From contig DAVM01000018.1 of assembly GCA_002505585.1 (NCBI GenBank), forward strand, positions 24,717 through 88,716: a stretch of DNA of 64,000 nt, in the 5' to 3' direction. Every line of letters begins with the position of its first letter. The first letter of the stretch is position 1. The position numbers and the translations under genes are program-made. This stretch comes from Candidatus Woesearchaeota archaeon UBA489 (GTDB taxonomy: Archaea; Nanobdellota; Nanobdellia; SCGC-AAA011-G17; UBA489). Positions 19,771 to 28,873 of this stretch are shown here, piece by piece. The notes below the pieces were generated by a model, which made no database searches, was not told where the DNA came from, and worked only from the letters and a program-made list of their open reading frames with translations.

Positions 19771-20419
19771 CCAAACGTTTAGTAACCTTACTCAACACTT
19801 CAACTTTTTTCCCAACATGCATAGTATCTTCAACTCTAATGCCAAACTCTTCTTTTTTATTTTTGATATAAATACCAGGCTCAATAGTAATTACATCACC
19901 ATTTTTTAAGAAGTCAGGAGAAGTAGGACGAATAGTAGGAGAAGTATGCACTTTTTTTCCAACACCATGTCCAAGAGCATGCGTATAAAAACGTTTGTAG
20001 TTTTTTAGTAAAACTCTAGAATGAATATCTAAGTCAGCACAAGAAGCACCAACTTTAACTTTTTTAATAGACTTTTTTTGACAATTTAAAATTAAGTTAT
20101 ACAATTTCTTTTCTTTTTTATTAGGTTTGCCAATGAAGAGAGTTCTAGTAATGTCAGAACACCAACCATTAAATTTACAGCCAAAATCTAAGATTAAGAA
20201 ACCACGAGCTAGTTTTTTGTTTCTTGGTTTAGCATGAATAGTAGCACAATTATTAGCAACAATAGGAGGATAAGCAGGTTTCACTTTATGATCACGAAAA
20301 CGTTTTAAGATGAATTTTTCAACATCTTTTTCAGTTTTGAAAGTGAAGTTAGTAAAGATTTCTTTAAAGATAGAATCAGTAATTTGACAAGCTCTAGCAA
20401 TACAACTCTTTTTAGACAT
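19760..20419 (-). CDS. M24-family metallopeptidase catalytic domain (Xaa-Pro/methionine aminopeptidase-like)
   Basis: 219 aa; pita-bread fold residues DFGCKFNGWCSDITRT, HALGHGVG, EPGIY, IRVED; 11-nt overlap with polB start. Confidence 0.7.
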   Translation of the reverse strand: MSKKSCIARACQITDSIFKEIFTNFTFKTEKDVEKFILKRFRDHKVKPAYPPIVANNCATIHAKPRNKKLARGFLILDFGCKFNGWCSDITRTLFIGKPNKKEKKLYNLILNCQKKSIKKVKVGASCADLDIHSRVLLKNYKRFYTHALGHGVGKKVHTSPTIRPTSPDFLKNGDVITIEPGIYIKNKKEEFGIRVEDTMHVGKKVEVLSKVTKRLVEV

Positions 20420-20500
20420 AAGACTAATAAAAAATAGAGATTTATAAAGTGTTTGGAAAAGGAAAGATTAATAACTTGTTGAAGTAGCACAACTATCACT

Positions 20501-20574
20501 GGGCCCGTCGTCTAGTCTGGATAGGATACAAGGCTTCGGACCTTGGGGCAGGGGTTCAAATCCTCTCGGGCTCA
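20501..20574 (+). tRNA. tRNA-Arg (anticodon TCG)
   Basis: GGGCCCG acceptor pairing with CGGGCTC, anticodon stem CAAGG/CCTTG with loop CTTCGGA (UCG), T-loop GGTTCAAATCC, discriminator A, no encoded CCA. Confidence 0.8.
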
Positions 20575-20612
20575 TCCTACTCATCAATACGAAGTTCTAC
20601 TAAAAAACAAAG

Positions 20613-20783
20613 ATGGAACAACAATTACGAAACCAAATGTGTTCATCAAACATCTTCAATTGTGGTGACTTCAAAAATTGGAAAGAAGCAAAAGCAATGT
20701 TTGACCTCTGTGGTGGAATAAGCAACGATATACACTACTTAGACGGAGATGATGACGGAATACCCTGCGAAACACTACGATAA
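20613..20783 (+). CDS. Small Excalibur (calcium-binding) domain protein
   Basis: 56 aa (not in ORF track, below size cutoff): MEQQLRNQMCSSNIFNCGDFKNWKEAKAMFDLCGGISNDIHYLDGDDDGIPCETLR; matches Excalibur NC.DF...EAQ.F...GG...D...LD.D.DG.ACE; no signal peptide. Confidence 0.45.
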   Translation: MEQQLRNQMCSSNIFNCGDFKNWKEAKAMFDLCGGISNDIHYLDGDDDGIPCETLR

Positions 20784-21182
20784 AAAAAATGAGTTTTGGA
20801 GAATCAATAGGAATTGTAATAAGAGAAAATCCCTCATATGCTTTTGGTTATGCTGTGGGTGTTGCTATTGGGTTTTGGATAATTAAGATTTAATAATATT
20901 AATAAAGCTAAGTTATTAGGATTAAAAGGAGGGGACATAATAAACGTTGAGGCAAGAATAATGGATGTTGATTTTGAAGTTATGATTCCTATATTAGATG
21001 ATGCACTGATAAAATGATTTTATTTCTTTTGCTTTATTCTTACTTGAAACCCTTCCTTGCTCAAAGAACTTAATTGACTAGCACCATACAAAAATCCTTA
21101 TATAAAACAATATTTATTGAGATAAAAAGATACTCTTGTAGATGCAACTCTTATAACCATTTCCCAACATAATTGTATATCA

Positions 21183-21566
21183 ATGTATAATAACGAAAGG
21201 TTTAAATATTACTCCTTCTTTACACAATACATGAAAGAAATATCAATTTTTTTAGACCATGTAGGAGACACTCCACGCATGAGAATATTACAATATTTTA
21301 TAGAAGGACGAGACTTTGATTACATACTCACTGATCTACTCAACGCTGGTGTTAGCTGGGGAACACTTAATAGTCAAGTTCCAAAACTCCTTTCATTAGG
21401 CATCCTTATTACAACACGTAAAATAGGAAGAACAACACTCTACAAAATCAACAAAGATAATTTCGCTGCACAACAACTTATAACACTTTATGATCACCTA
21501 ATTATACAACAATTAGATCAAAAAGAAAAAAGGACAAAGAAAGTAATGATTAAGCAAGTTTCTTAA
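21183..21566 (+). CDS. Putative winged-helix DNA-binding protein / transcriptional regulator
   Basis: 127 aa; GDTPRMRILQYFIEGRDFDYILTDLLNAGVSWGTLNSQVPKLLSLGILITTRKIGRTTLYKIN resembles wHTH (ArsR/HTH_20-like) fold. Confidence 0.45.
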   Translation: MYNNERFKYYSFFTQYMKEISIFLDHVGDTPRMRILQYFIEGRDFDYILTDLLNAGVSWGTLNSQVPKLLSLGILITTRKIGRTTLYKINKDNFAAQQLITLYDHLIIQQLDQKEKRTKKVMIKQVS

Positions 21567-21640
21567 AAATTTCTGGAAAACAATAATACTTAAAAACAAA
21601 GAATTTTTCAAAAAAGAATAAACAACGAGGTGAAATTATA

Positions 21641-21844
21641 ATGGAAGAAAACAAAGAAGAGGTATGGGTGTATAAAATAACAGCACAAGAATTAATTAGT
21701 AAATTAGGATTAAAAGGAAGTGATGTAGATAGTGTAGAAGAAGATGAGGATGAAGATTGTTTTGTAATAAGAACAGTAGTTGAAGCATCAAATGCACAAG
21801 CAAGTGCTGCACCAGCTCAACCACAACCAACACAAAACTATTAA
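21641..21844 (+). CDS. Small acidic hypothetical protein
   Basis: 67 aa; GAGGTGA Shine-Dalgarno 8 nt upstream of ATG; acidic EEDEDED stretch. Confidence 0.35.
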   Translation: MEENKEEVWVYKITAQELISKLGLKGSDVDSVEEDEDEDCFVIRTVVEASNAQASAAPAQPQPTQNY

Positions 21845-22266
21845 GAAGTTAAAGAAGGTTTTTTGTATTCAATTTTGAGAGGATTTCCTTTATGTAATAA
21901 TTGTACAATCCTAGCTTGACCAGAACTACTTATTTTAGCTTCAACAGTAATATTTTCAGTAGGTAAGTCAGCGTTTCTTTCAAAAAAGAATTGTTCAATA
22001 CCATACTCAACAGTCATTTCGCTTCCAGAAACATACTTGCTATTCCCTCTAATAAAAACACCAGAAGGTTTGGAAAGAGAAGCTTCTTCAGCTTCCCAAA
22101 TACCTTTCTCATTAGGAGTGAGTGGAACAAAAACAGTTTGCTCTTCCTTAACATCAGCAATAGCAGGAAGAGTGCTAATTTCGTAATTAATAACTATATA
22201 AAGAGCATCCACTACCACCCTACTATGGAAGAAGCACTGATAAAATTCCTCTTTGAACAAGGGCAA
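21841..22266 (-). CDS. Hypothetical protein
   Basis: 141 aa non-low-complexity ORF convergent with 21641..21844; start overlaps the HD gene start by ~40 nt so true start is uncertain. Confidence 0.3.
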   Translation of the reverse strand: MPLFKEEFYQCFFHSRVVVDALYIVINYEISTLPAIADVKEEQTVFVPLTPNEKGIWEAEEASLSKPSGVFIRGNSKYVSGSEMTVEYGIEQFFFERNADLPTENITVEAKISSSGQARIVQLLHKGNPLKIEYKKPSLTS

Positions 22267-22803
22267 TTGAAACTAATAACAAACTCAAGATTCAGATTAC
22301 TAGGAGTAAAGAATCCAGCAAACATAGGAAGCCATGCCTTGAGAGCAGCACAGATTGGTTACATTTTAGCACACTTAGAAAACTATCCAAACCTAGAAAA
22401 AATAAGTGCAATGTTAGTCTTTCATGAAATGGCAGAAAGTAGAACAGGAGATATAAACAGAGTAGAAGGAAGATATTTAGAAAAAAAGAAAGAACAAGCA
22501 GCACAAGAACAAACAAAACCACTAGGAAAAATAGGAGAAGAAATTTTAGCATTATGGCAAGAAGCAGAAGATGATAAAAGCGCAGCAGGGCAGATAGCAA
22601 AAGATGCAGATATGTTAGAACATTCCTTAACAGCAAAAGAGTATATTGAGAAAGGATATAAGCACGCACAAAACTGGATAGACAATACAGAAAAAGGATT
22701 GAAGACAGAAGCAGCAAAAAAACTAATCAAACAATTACAACAAACAGACTCAAACAGTTGGTGGCAAGGACTAAAAAAAGTACCAAGAAGTGATATAGAC
22801 TAA
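22225..22803 (+). CDS. HD-domain phosphohydrolase (YfbR/5'-deoxynucleotidase-like)
   Basis: Start taken at internal Met (MEEALIKF, nt 22225) of listed ORF 21991..22803; HD motif IGSHALRAAQIGYILAHL...VFHEMAESRTGDI...DADMLEH. Confidence 0.7.
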   Translation: MEEALIKFLFEQGQLKLITNSRFRLLGVKNPANIGSHALRAAQIGYILAHLENYPNLEKISAMLVFHEMAESRTGDINRVEGRYLEKKKEQAAQEQTKPLGKIGEEILALWQEAEDDKSAAGQIAKDADMLEHSLTAKEYIEKGYKHAQNWIDNTEKGLKTEAAKKLIKQLQQTDSNSWWQGLKKVPRSDID

Positions 22804-23418
22804 TTACTCCAAAACAACACTCCTTACTTCTGAAACTAAAGCATTATGCACTTCTTCAATAGTTTTATCACCGTCAAGATTAATAACAAGACTAGGATTG
22901 AATTCATTCAACACAAGATTTTGGAGTTCTACATAAGTTTGCAAACGCTTTCCAATAGTAACAAGATCTTGATCATCTGCTCTCCCAAATTTTTTTCCAC
23001 GCAAAAGCAATCTTTGTTTTAAAGCTTCATCAGGAACAGTAAGACAAATAACTTTTTGAATAGCAACCAAAGCACTCACAGGAGCAACTTGCTCAGCAGT
23101 CCGAGGAATACCATCAAGCACCAAAACTTGAGTAGAAGGATTAAAAATACCTTCAGCAACATATCTTGCAAGAGTTTCTTCAAACAATTGCAAAGTTAAC
23201 TCATCAGAAACAAAACTCCCAGCATCAATCAATTGTTTAACTGTAGCACCAGTAGCAGAAGTAGGATCAAGATTTCTAAACATATCACCAGTAGAAAAAT
23301 GAAAATACCCATCTTTTTCACCAAGCCTCTTCCCTTGCTCACCTTTTCCAGCACCAGGAGGGCCAAAAAGAACAATCCCTTGATATTCTTGATTACTTAA
23401 AGACATAAAAACACCCAC
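22804..23418 (-). CDS. adk: Adenylate kinase
   Basis: 204 aa; P-loop GPPGAGKGEQG, FHFSTGDMFR, LVLDGIPRT. Confidence 0.85.
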   Translation of the reverse strand: MGVFMSLSNQEYQGIVLFGPPGAGKGEQGKRLGEKDGYFHFSTGDMFRNLDPTSATGATVKQLIDAGSFVSDELTLQLFEETLARYVAEGIFNPSTQVLVLDGIPRTAEQVAPVSALVAIQKVICLTVPDEALKQRLLLRGKKFGRADDQDLVTIGKRLQTYVELQNLVLNEFNPSLVINLDGDKTIEEVHNALVSEVRSVVLE

Positions 23419-23488
23419 ACTATTTCCTATTTAAAAAGATTATGGGAACAAAACATATTTAAACTAGCATTCTCTTCTTGAACTTACC

Positions 23489-24550
23489 ATGGTGTTTGGA
23501 GAGGTGATGACTAACCCATACTTACAAAACAAGTATGTACAAGCAATACTCATAATACTAGTATTCTACATCTTATCACACATAACAACCTACATACTTA
23601 AAAAATTTGTAAAAAAAATAACAGACAAAACAAAAACAAAAATAGACGACTTAATACTAGAAAAATCCTACAAACCATTTGTTTGGTCACTCATAATCAT
23701 AGGATTCAAAATAGGAATAACAAGACTAGCACTAAGCGAAAAAGTACAAGGAATATTCCAACACCTCTTTAATTCAATCATAACAATACTAATAATTTAT
23801 TTATTATATGTAATAGTACAAATACTCTTAGAAAGCTGGGGACAAGCATTTGCACAAAAAACAAAATCAACACTAGATGATGACTTATTACCCTTATTAC
23901 ACAAAGTAGTCAAAGTAATCTTCGTAATCTTAGGAGCATTCTTTGTTTTAGGAGAATGGAAAGTAGACATAACAGGATTATTAGCAGGAGTAGGAGTAGC
24001 AGGACTAGCAATAGGATTCGCAGTAAAAGATAGTCTAGCAAACATCTTTGGAGGCATAAGTATTATTTTAGACAAAGCATTCAAAGTAGGAGACGTCATC
24101 CAAACAAGCGGAGGGGATACAGGAACAGTAACAGACATAGGACTAAGAAGCACAAGAATAAGAACTTGGGACAATGAACTCCTAATAATACCCAATGGAG
24201 AACTAGCAAATAACAAAATCCAAAACTTCAAACAACCAGATGAAAGCGTAAGAGCAATAGTACAATTTGGAGTAGAATATGGAAGTAATGTAGGAAAAGT
24301 AAAGAAAGTAGTGAAAGCATGTTTGAAAACACTACCAGAAGTAATAAAAACAGGAGATAAAGCACCAGCAGTACAATTCATGGAAATGGGAGACAGCAGC
24401 TTAAACTTTAGAGCAACCTTCTGGGTAAAAAGTTTTAATGAAAGATTTGGCACAAAAGAAAAAGCGACGTGCTTGATATATGAAACATTGAATAAAAGTA
24501 AAGTAGGCATACCATTCCCAACAAGAACAATATATATGAAAAAAGAGTAA
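23489..24550 (+). CDS. mscS: Small-conductance mechanosensitive channel (MscS family)
   Basis: 353 aa; TM helices then MscS beta domain GLLAGVGVAGLAIGFAVKDSLANIFGGISIILDKAFKVGDVI. Confidence 0.85.
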   Translation: MVFGEVMTNPYLQNKYVQAILIILVFYILSHITTYILKKFVKKITDKTKTKIDDLILEKSYKPFVWSLIIIGFKIGITRLALSEKVQGIFQHLFNSIITILIIYLLYVIVQILLESWGQAFAQKTKSTLDDDLLPLLHKVVKVIFVILGAFFVLGEWKVDITGLLAGVGVAGLAIGFAVKDSLANIFGGISIILDKAFKVGDVIQTSGGDTGTVTDIGLRSTRIRTWDNELLIIPNGELANNKIQNFKQPDESVRAIVQFGVEYGSNVGKVKKVVKACLKTLPEVIKTGDKAPAVQFMEMGDSSLNFRATFWVKSFNERFGTKEKATCLIYETLNKSKVGIPFPTRTIYMKKE

Positions 24551-24552
24551 AC

Positions 24553-27336
24553 TTATTCTTTAATAGGTAACTTCCCATGTACTTTTTCAAACGACTTAAT
24601 AGCTTTAGGAGAACCAAGAAGAATACGTTTTAAAGTATTATAAACACTAGGATTTTTTTCAGGTGAGAGAGCTTCAAGAATAGCAACAATAGATTGTACT
24701 AAAGGAACTTGATGCAATTCATCAATCTTATCCAAAGTGCCAAAAGTTTTAATCATATGCACAGTATTATACTCATTAACCACAGCTAATTTAAGAATAG
24801 ATTCTTGCAAGAATTTCCTTCCTTCTTTAGTTAATAAAGACTTTTTTTTGTTATGAGCAAAAACACCAAAAACAGCACGTTGGTCATTAGCTTGCTCAAT
24901 ACGGAAAGAAGGAGAGGAAATAACACGTTTAATGACGTCTAAATAATCAGTACTATCATTACGCCCAACAGCAACCAAAAAGTTTTCCCAAGACACTAAA
25001 TGAGTTTTAGCTTCTTTTTCATATGATTCTAATAACTGCATTTTATCAGCAGCAGTAGAATTTAAGTACAAACTGAAAGCAACATTTTTATCAGTAGCAT
25101 TAACAGCAGAAGCAAATTGTTTTTTAATCAAAGCATGCACTTCAGGAGTTTCTAAAGTTGAGAGAAGGCCTAAACAAGAATTTTTCACTTGACGATCTTT
25201 TAAAGAAGCAATACGTTGTTCAACTACAGAACCAGCATACTCTTTGTCAGCATAAAAATGATAAAGTTTTGTTAATTCTTTTTCATACTTTGCAGCAATA
25301 GCTTTTAACAATTTCTTTTTCATGTCATAGAGATCTTGATATTTGTGAGCGAAAGCATCATCAGAAACATCTTCAAAAATAGCAACAAAAGAAGAACTAA
25401 CTTCATCCATGAGTTTTTTATCACTTAATAACTTAAAATAAAGTTCAATAATCTTTTCATCAACTTCAGCAGTTGTATCTTTTAATAAGCATAATTTTTC
25501 TTTATCTAACAACTCATAAAAAGCCATATACCGATTAGAAATATCAGTATCATGCAAGACTTGCAAAAATAATTCTTCATCAGAAGGAGAGTACTTTACT
25601 TTTCCATAAAAAGAATACTCATGGTTTAAAGAAAGGAAAGCAGGCTCAGTAATATCTTTGAAAGCAAGAGTAGTAGTCTTGTCCTTAATAAAAACTAATT
25701 CCTCAGCAAGGATTCTGCCATTCTTATCGCAAGCAGCAACAATAAAAGGGAATTGCCATAAAGCACCTTCTTTTTGGCCAGATTGAGTAAGAGTTAAAGT
25801 TAAAGTTTTATCTTTATACTCTTTCTTTACTGCAACAGTAGGAAAACCAGTCTGTTTCAACCAAGACTCAGCCATAGCTTGTAAATCTTTACCAGAAACT
25901 TCTTCCATAGCAGCAATCCAATCTTTACGAGTAGCATTACTATGTTTGAAACGAGAATGATACAAATCTAAACCCTTAACAAAATGTTCTTTGCCAATAG
26001 TAGTCTCAATCATACGAACAAACTCAGGAGCTTTCACATAAGTGACAGAAGAAATTAATTCATCAGTGTGATTAAAGCCATCAGGTTCGATAGGCATAGA
26101 AGCAGGAGTAGTATCAATAGCTAAAGCACCATGAGGAGAAAGTAAAGATAATACTTCACCTAACCTTTGATTGTCTTTGCTAAAAATAAAAGAAAGGAAT
26201 TCACGTTCAATAAAAACAGTAACAGCTTCATTCAACCAAATTTCAAAAGGAGAACGACCAGTCACTTCAGAACCATTCAAGTTATGATAGAACTCATGCA
26301 CTTTAACGTTGAGTAAATATTCGAAACCACCATCACCCATTTGTTTAAAAGGCATAATACGATTAGTAGTAATAGTAGTATTCCCAACATTTTCCATACC
26401 ACCAAAATTAGAATTCTGCATACCAATCTCTCTATACACAGAACCAGTATATTGATAGCCTAAGTGTAATCCTTCAAGTAGAGAATTAATTTCAGATTGT
26501 ACCTCTTTTCCTTCATTTCTTTGTTTGATTAAATGCCAGATTTTAGTACTCTTTTCTACATTTTCATACTTATTAGGACCAGTAAAGAGATGAATCCAAA
26601 GGATAGAATCGTGGAGGATTTCTAAAGCTTGCTCAGCAGCTTCTTTTTCAGCATCAAGAGGAACAAGTAATTCAAGCATGAACTTTTTGCCATCAGCGTA
26701 GATAACTTCTTTCTTAAAAGTAGCATAAGTACCAACACCTAAAAAAAACAGATAAGGAGCCATAGGAGTAATAGTATTGTCATACTTCACTTTAACTCTT
26801 CCTTGATCAACAGAAGAACGACCACCAACCAAATCACCATTAGAAATAATATTAGTATAGTTTTCATCAGCAATAATAGTAGTGGAATAAGTACATTTAG
26901 CAGTCATGTCATCAAAACAAGGAACTAACCGTTGGAATCCCCATTGTTGACACTGAGTAATCATAGTAGGAGGAGCACCTTTAGGAGTTTCATCAAAATA
27001 CATACCTTCCAAAATATTTTTAGTAGGCTTACAAATAGATTTAGTTGAAAGAGTAAAAGTAACACCTTCAGGGATAGATTTATCAAATTTGATTAAGAGT
27101 TTTTTTTCTTTAGGTTTGTAGTCAAAAGAACAGTTACCTTGATCACAAGAAACTTCTTGAATAATTAAGTCATCAGCATCTAGAGCAACTTCTTCAAGAA
27201 CTTTTTTAGCTTTAACTTTTAAAGTAGAAGAAACAATAGAATGATCGTTGAAAACGTCAAATAATAAATCCATATGAAGGACTGTAACTGGAAGTTCACC
27301 AAAACTCTCAGGATAATACTTAAATTCTTTAGCCAT
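24553..27336 (-). CDS. pepN: Aminopeptidase N, M1 family
   Basis: 927 aa; GGMENVG (GAMEN-type exopeptidase motif) and zinc site HEFYHNLNG...WLNEAVT (HExxH-18-E). Confidence 0.85.
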   Translation of the reverse strand: MAKEFKYYPESFGELPVTVLHMDLLFDVFNDHSIVSSTLKVKAKKVLEEVALDADDLIIQEVSCDQGNCSFDYKPKEKKLLIKFDKSIPEGVTFTLSTKSICKPTKNILEGMYFDETPKGAPPTMITQCQQWGFQRLVPCFDDMTAKCTYSTTIIADENYTNIISNGDLVGGRSSVDQGRVKVKYDNTITPMAPYLFFLGVGTYATFKKEVIYADGKKFMLELLVPLDAEKEAAEQALEILHDSILWIHLFTGPNKYENVEKSTKIWHLIKQRNEGKEVQSEINSLLEGLHLGYQYTGSVYREIGMQNSNFGGMENVGNTTITTNRIMPFKQMGDGGFEYLLNVKVHEFYHNLNGSEVTGRSPFEIWLNEAVTVFIEREFLSFIFSKDNQRLGEVLSLLSPHGALAIDTTPASMPIEPDGFNHTDELISSVTYVKAPEFVRMIETTIGKEHFVKGLDLYHSRFKHSNATRKDWIAAMEEVSGKDLQAMAESWLKQTGFPTVAVKKEYKDKTLTLTLTQSGQKEGALWQFPFIVAACDKNGRILAEELVFIKDKTTTLAFKDITEPAFLSLNHEYSFYGKVKYSPSDEELFLQVLHDTDISNRYMAFYELLDKEKLCLLKDTTAEVDEKIIELYFKLLSDKKLMDEVSSSFVAIFEDVSDDAFAHKYQDLYDMKKKLLKAIAAKYEKELTKLYHFYADKEYAGSVVEQRIASLKDRQVKNSCLGLLSTLETPEVHALIKKQFASAVNATDKNVAFSLYLNSTAADKMQLLESYEKEAKTHLVSWENFLVAVGRNDSTDYLDVIKRVISSPSFRIEQANDQRAVFGVFAHNKKKSLLTKEGRKFLQESILKLAVVNEYNTVHMIKTFGTLDKIDELHQVPLVQSIVAILEALSPEKNPSVYNTLKRILLGSPKAIKSFEKVHGKLPIKE

Positions 27337-27433
27337 AAAGAAAAAGGGAAGGAAAGACTATATAAGGATTATTGTAAAATAGCGCAATTATTAAGCCGAA
27401 AAGGTTAAATAAACAAATTCTTTAAGAAAAACA

Positions 27434-28873
27434 ATGGCAAAAGAAACAAAAGAAGGGATAACAGTAAGTAAAGAAAAAGACTTCTCAGAATGGTACACAC
27501 AAGTAGTTACCAAAAGCGATTTGGCAGATTATTCACCAGTATCAGGATGCATGATATTTAAACCCTATGCCTACGCAATATGGGAGAAGATAGTAGCAAC
27601 AGTAGATAAAAAAATAAAAAAAATGGGAGTACAAAACGCTTACTTCCCATTATTAATACCAGAGAAGTTGTTGAATAAAGAAAAGGAGCATGTAGAAGGA
27701 TTCAGTCCAGAAGTAGCATGGGTAACACACACTGGAAAAAGCAAATTAGAAGAAAGACTAGCAATAAGACCAACATCAGAAACCATAATGTATGAAGCAT
27801 ATGCAAGATGGATAAGATCTTGGAGAGATTTACCATTAAGATTGAATCAATTCAACTCCGTAATCCGTTGGGAATTTAAAAATCCTGTGTTATTCTTAAG
27901 AACAAGAGAATTTTTGTGGAATGAAGGACACACAGCATTTGCAACAAAAAAAGAAGCAGAAAAAGAATGTACAGACATACTCAACACGTACTATGATGTG
28001 TTAAAAGATTTATTAGCATTACACTCAGTTAAAGGAAAGAAAACAGAAAAAGAAAAATTCGCAGGAGCAGAATACACCATAAGCACAGAATTATTTATGC
28101 CACATGGAAGAGCAATACAAGGACCAGATGCGCATCACGACGGACAAAACTTTGCAAAAGCATTTGGCATAGAATTCTTAGATGAAAAAGAAAAAAAACA
28201 ACACGTATGGCAGAACACCTGGGCAATAAGTACGAGAGTAATAGGAATCCTAATAGCAGCACACGGAGACGACAAAGGACTAGTACTACCTCCAAATATA
28301 GCACCAAATCAAATAGTAATAGTACCAATCATCTTCAAGAAAGAAGGAGAAAAAGTACTGAAGAAAGCGAAAGAACTAGTTAAACAATTGAAAGAACATA
28401 ATGTCATACTAGACGACAGAGACTATAGTCCAGGATGGAAATACAACGAATGGGAATTAAAAGGAGTACCACTAAGAATAGAAATAGGACCAAATGACTT
28501 AAAGAAGAAGCAAGTAATCATAGTAAGAAGAGACACAGGAAAGAAAGAAATAGTGAAAGAAAATAAAGTAAAAGAAGTAGTACACAAATTACTAGAAGAC
28601 ATGCAAAAAAACTTGTATAAACAATCAGAAAAAATCTTCACAAGCAAAAAAACAAAAGCAGCAACAATGAGTGCATTACAGAAAGTGATTAAGCAAAAGA
28701 AATTTGCAGAAGTACACTGGTGCGGAGAAACAACATGCGAAGAAACAATAAAAGACAAAACAGAAGGAGCAAAGATATTAAATATTCCATTTGAACAACC
28801 AAAAAAAGTAAGCAATTGTGTATGTTGTAAAAAACAAGGAAAACATCAAGTCATAGTAGCAAAAAGTTACTAA
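27434..28873 (+). CDS. proS: Prolyl-tRNA synthetase (archaeal/eukaryotic type with C-terminal zinc domain)
   Basis: 479 aa; DFSEWYTQVVTKSDLADYSPVSGCMIFKPYAYAIWE, class II motifs, C-terminal CGETTCEE...CVCCKK. Confidence 0.9.
   Translation: MAKETKEGITVSKEKDFSEWYTQVVTKSDLADYSPVSGCMIFKPYAYAIWEKIVATVDKKIKKMGVQNAYFPLLIPEKLLNKEKEHVEGFSPEVAWVTHTGKSKLEERLAIRPTSETIMYEAYARWIRSWRDLPLRLNQFNSVIRWEFKNPVLFLRTREFLWNEGHTAFATKKEAEKECTDILNTYYDVLKDLLALHSVKGKKTEKEKFAGAEYTISTELFMPHGRAIQGPDAHHDGQNFAKAFGIEFLDEKEKKQHVWQNTWAISTRVIGILIAAHGDDKGLVLPPNIAPNQIVIVPIIFKKEGEKVLKKAKELVKQLKEHNVILDDRDYSPGWKYNEWELKGVPLRIEIGPNDLKKKQVIIVRRDTGKKEIVKENKVKEVVHKLLEDMQKNLYKQSEKIFTSKKTKAATMSALQKVIKQKKFAEVHWCGETTCEETIKDKTEGAKILNIPFEQPKKVSNCVCCKKQGKHQVIVAKSY

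Noticed and set aside
20784-21180. Several tiny ORFs (34-aa hydrophobic peptide at 20790..20894; 18-aa ORF after an AGGAGGGG motif near 20928..21003)
   Set aside because: Too short and unsupported to call as genes; mentioned only as part of the low-coding region after tRNA-Arg
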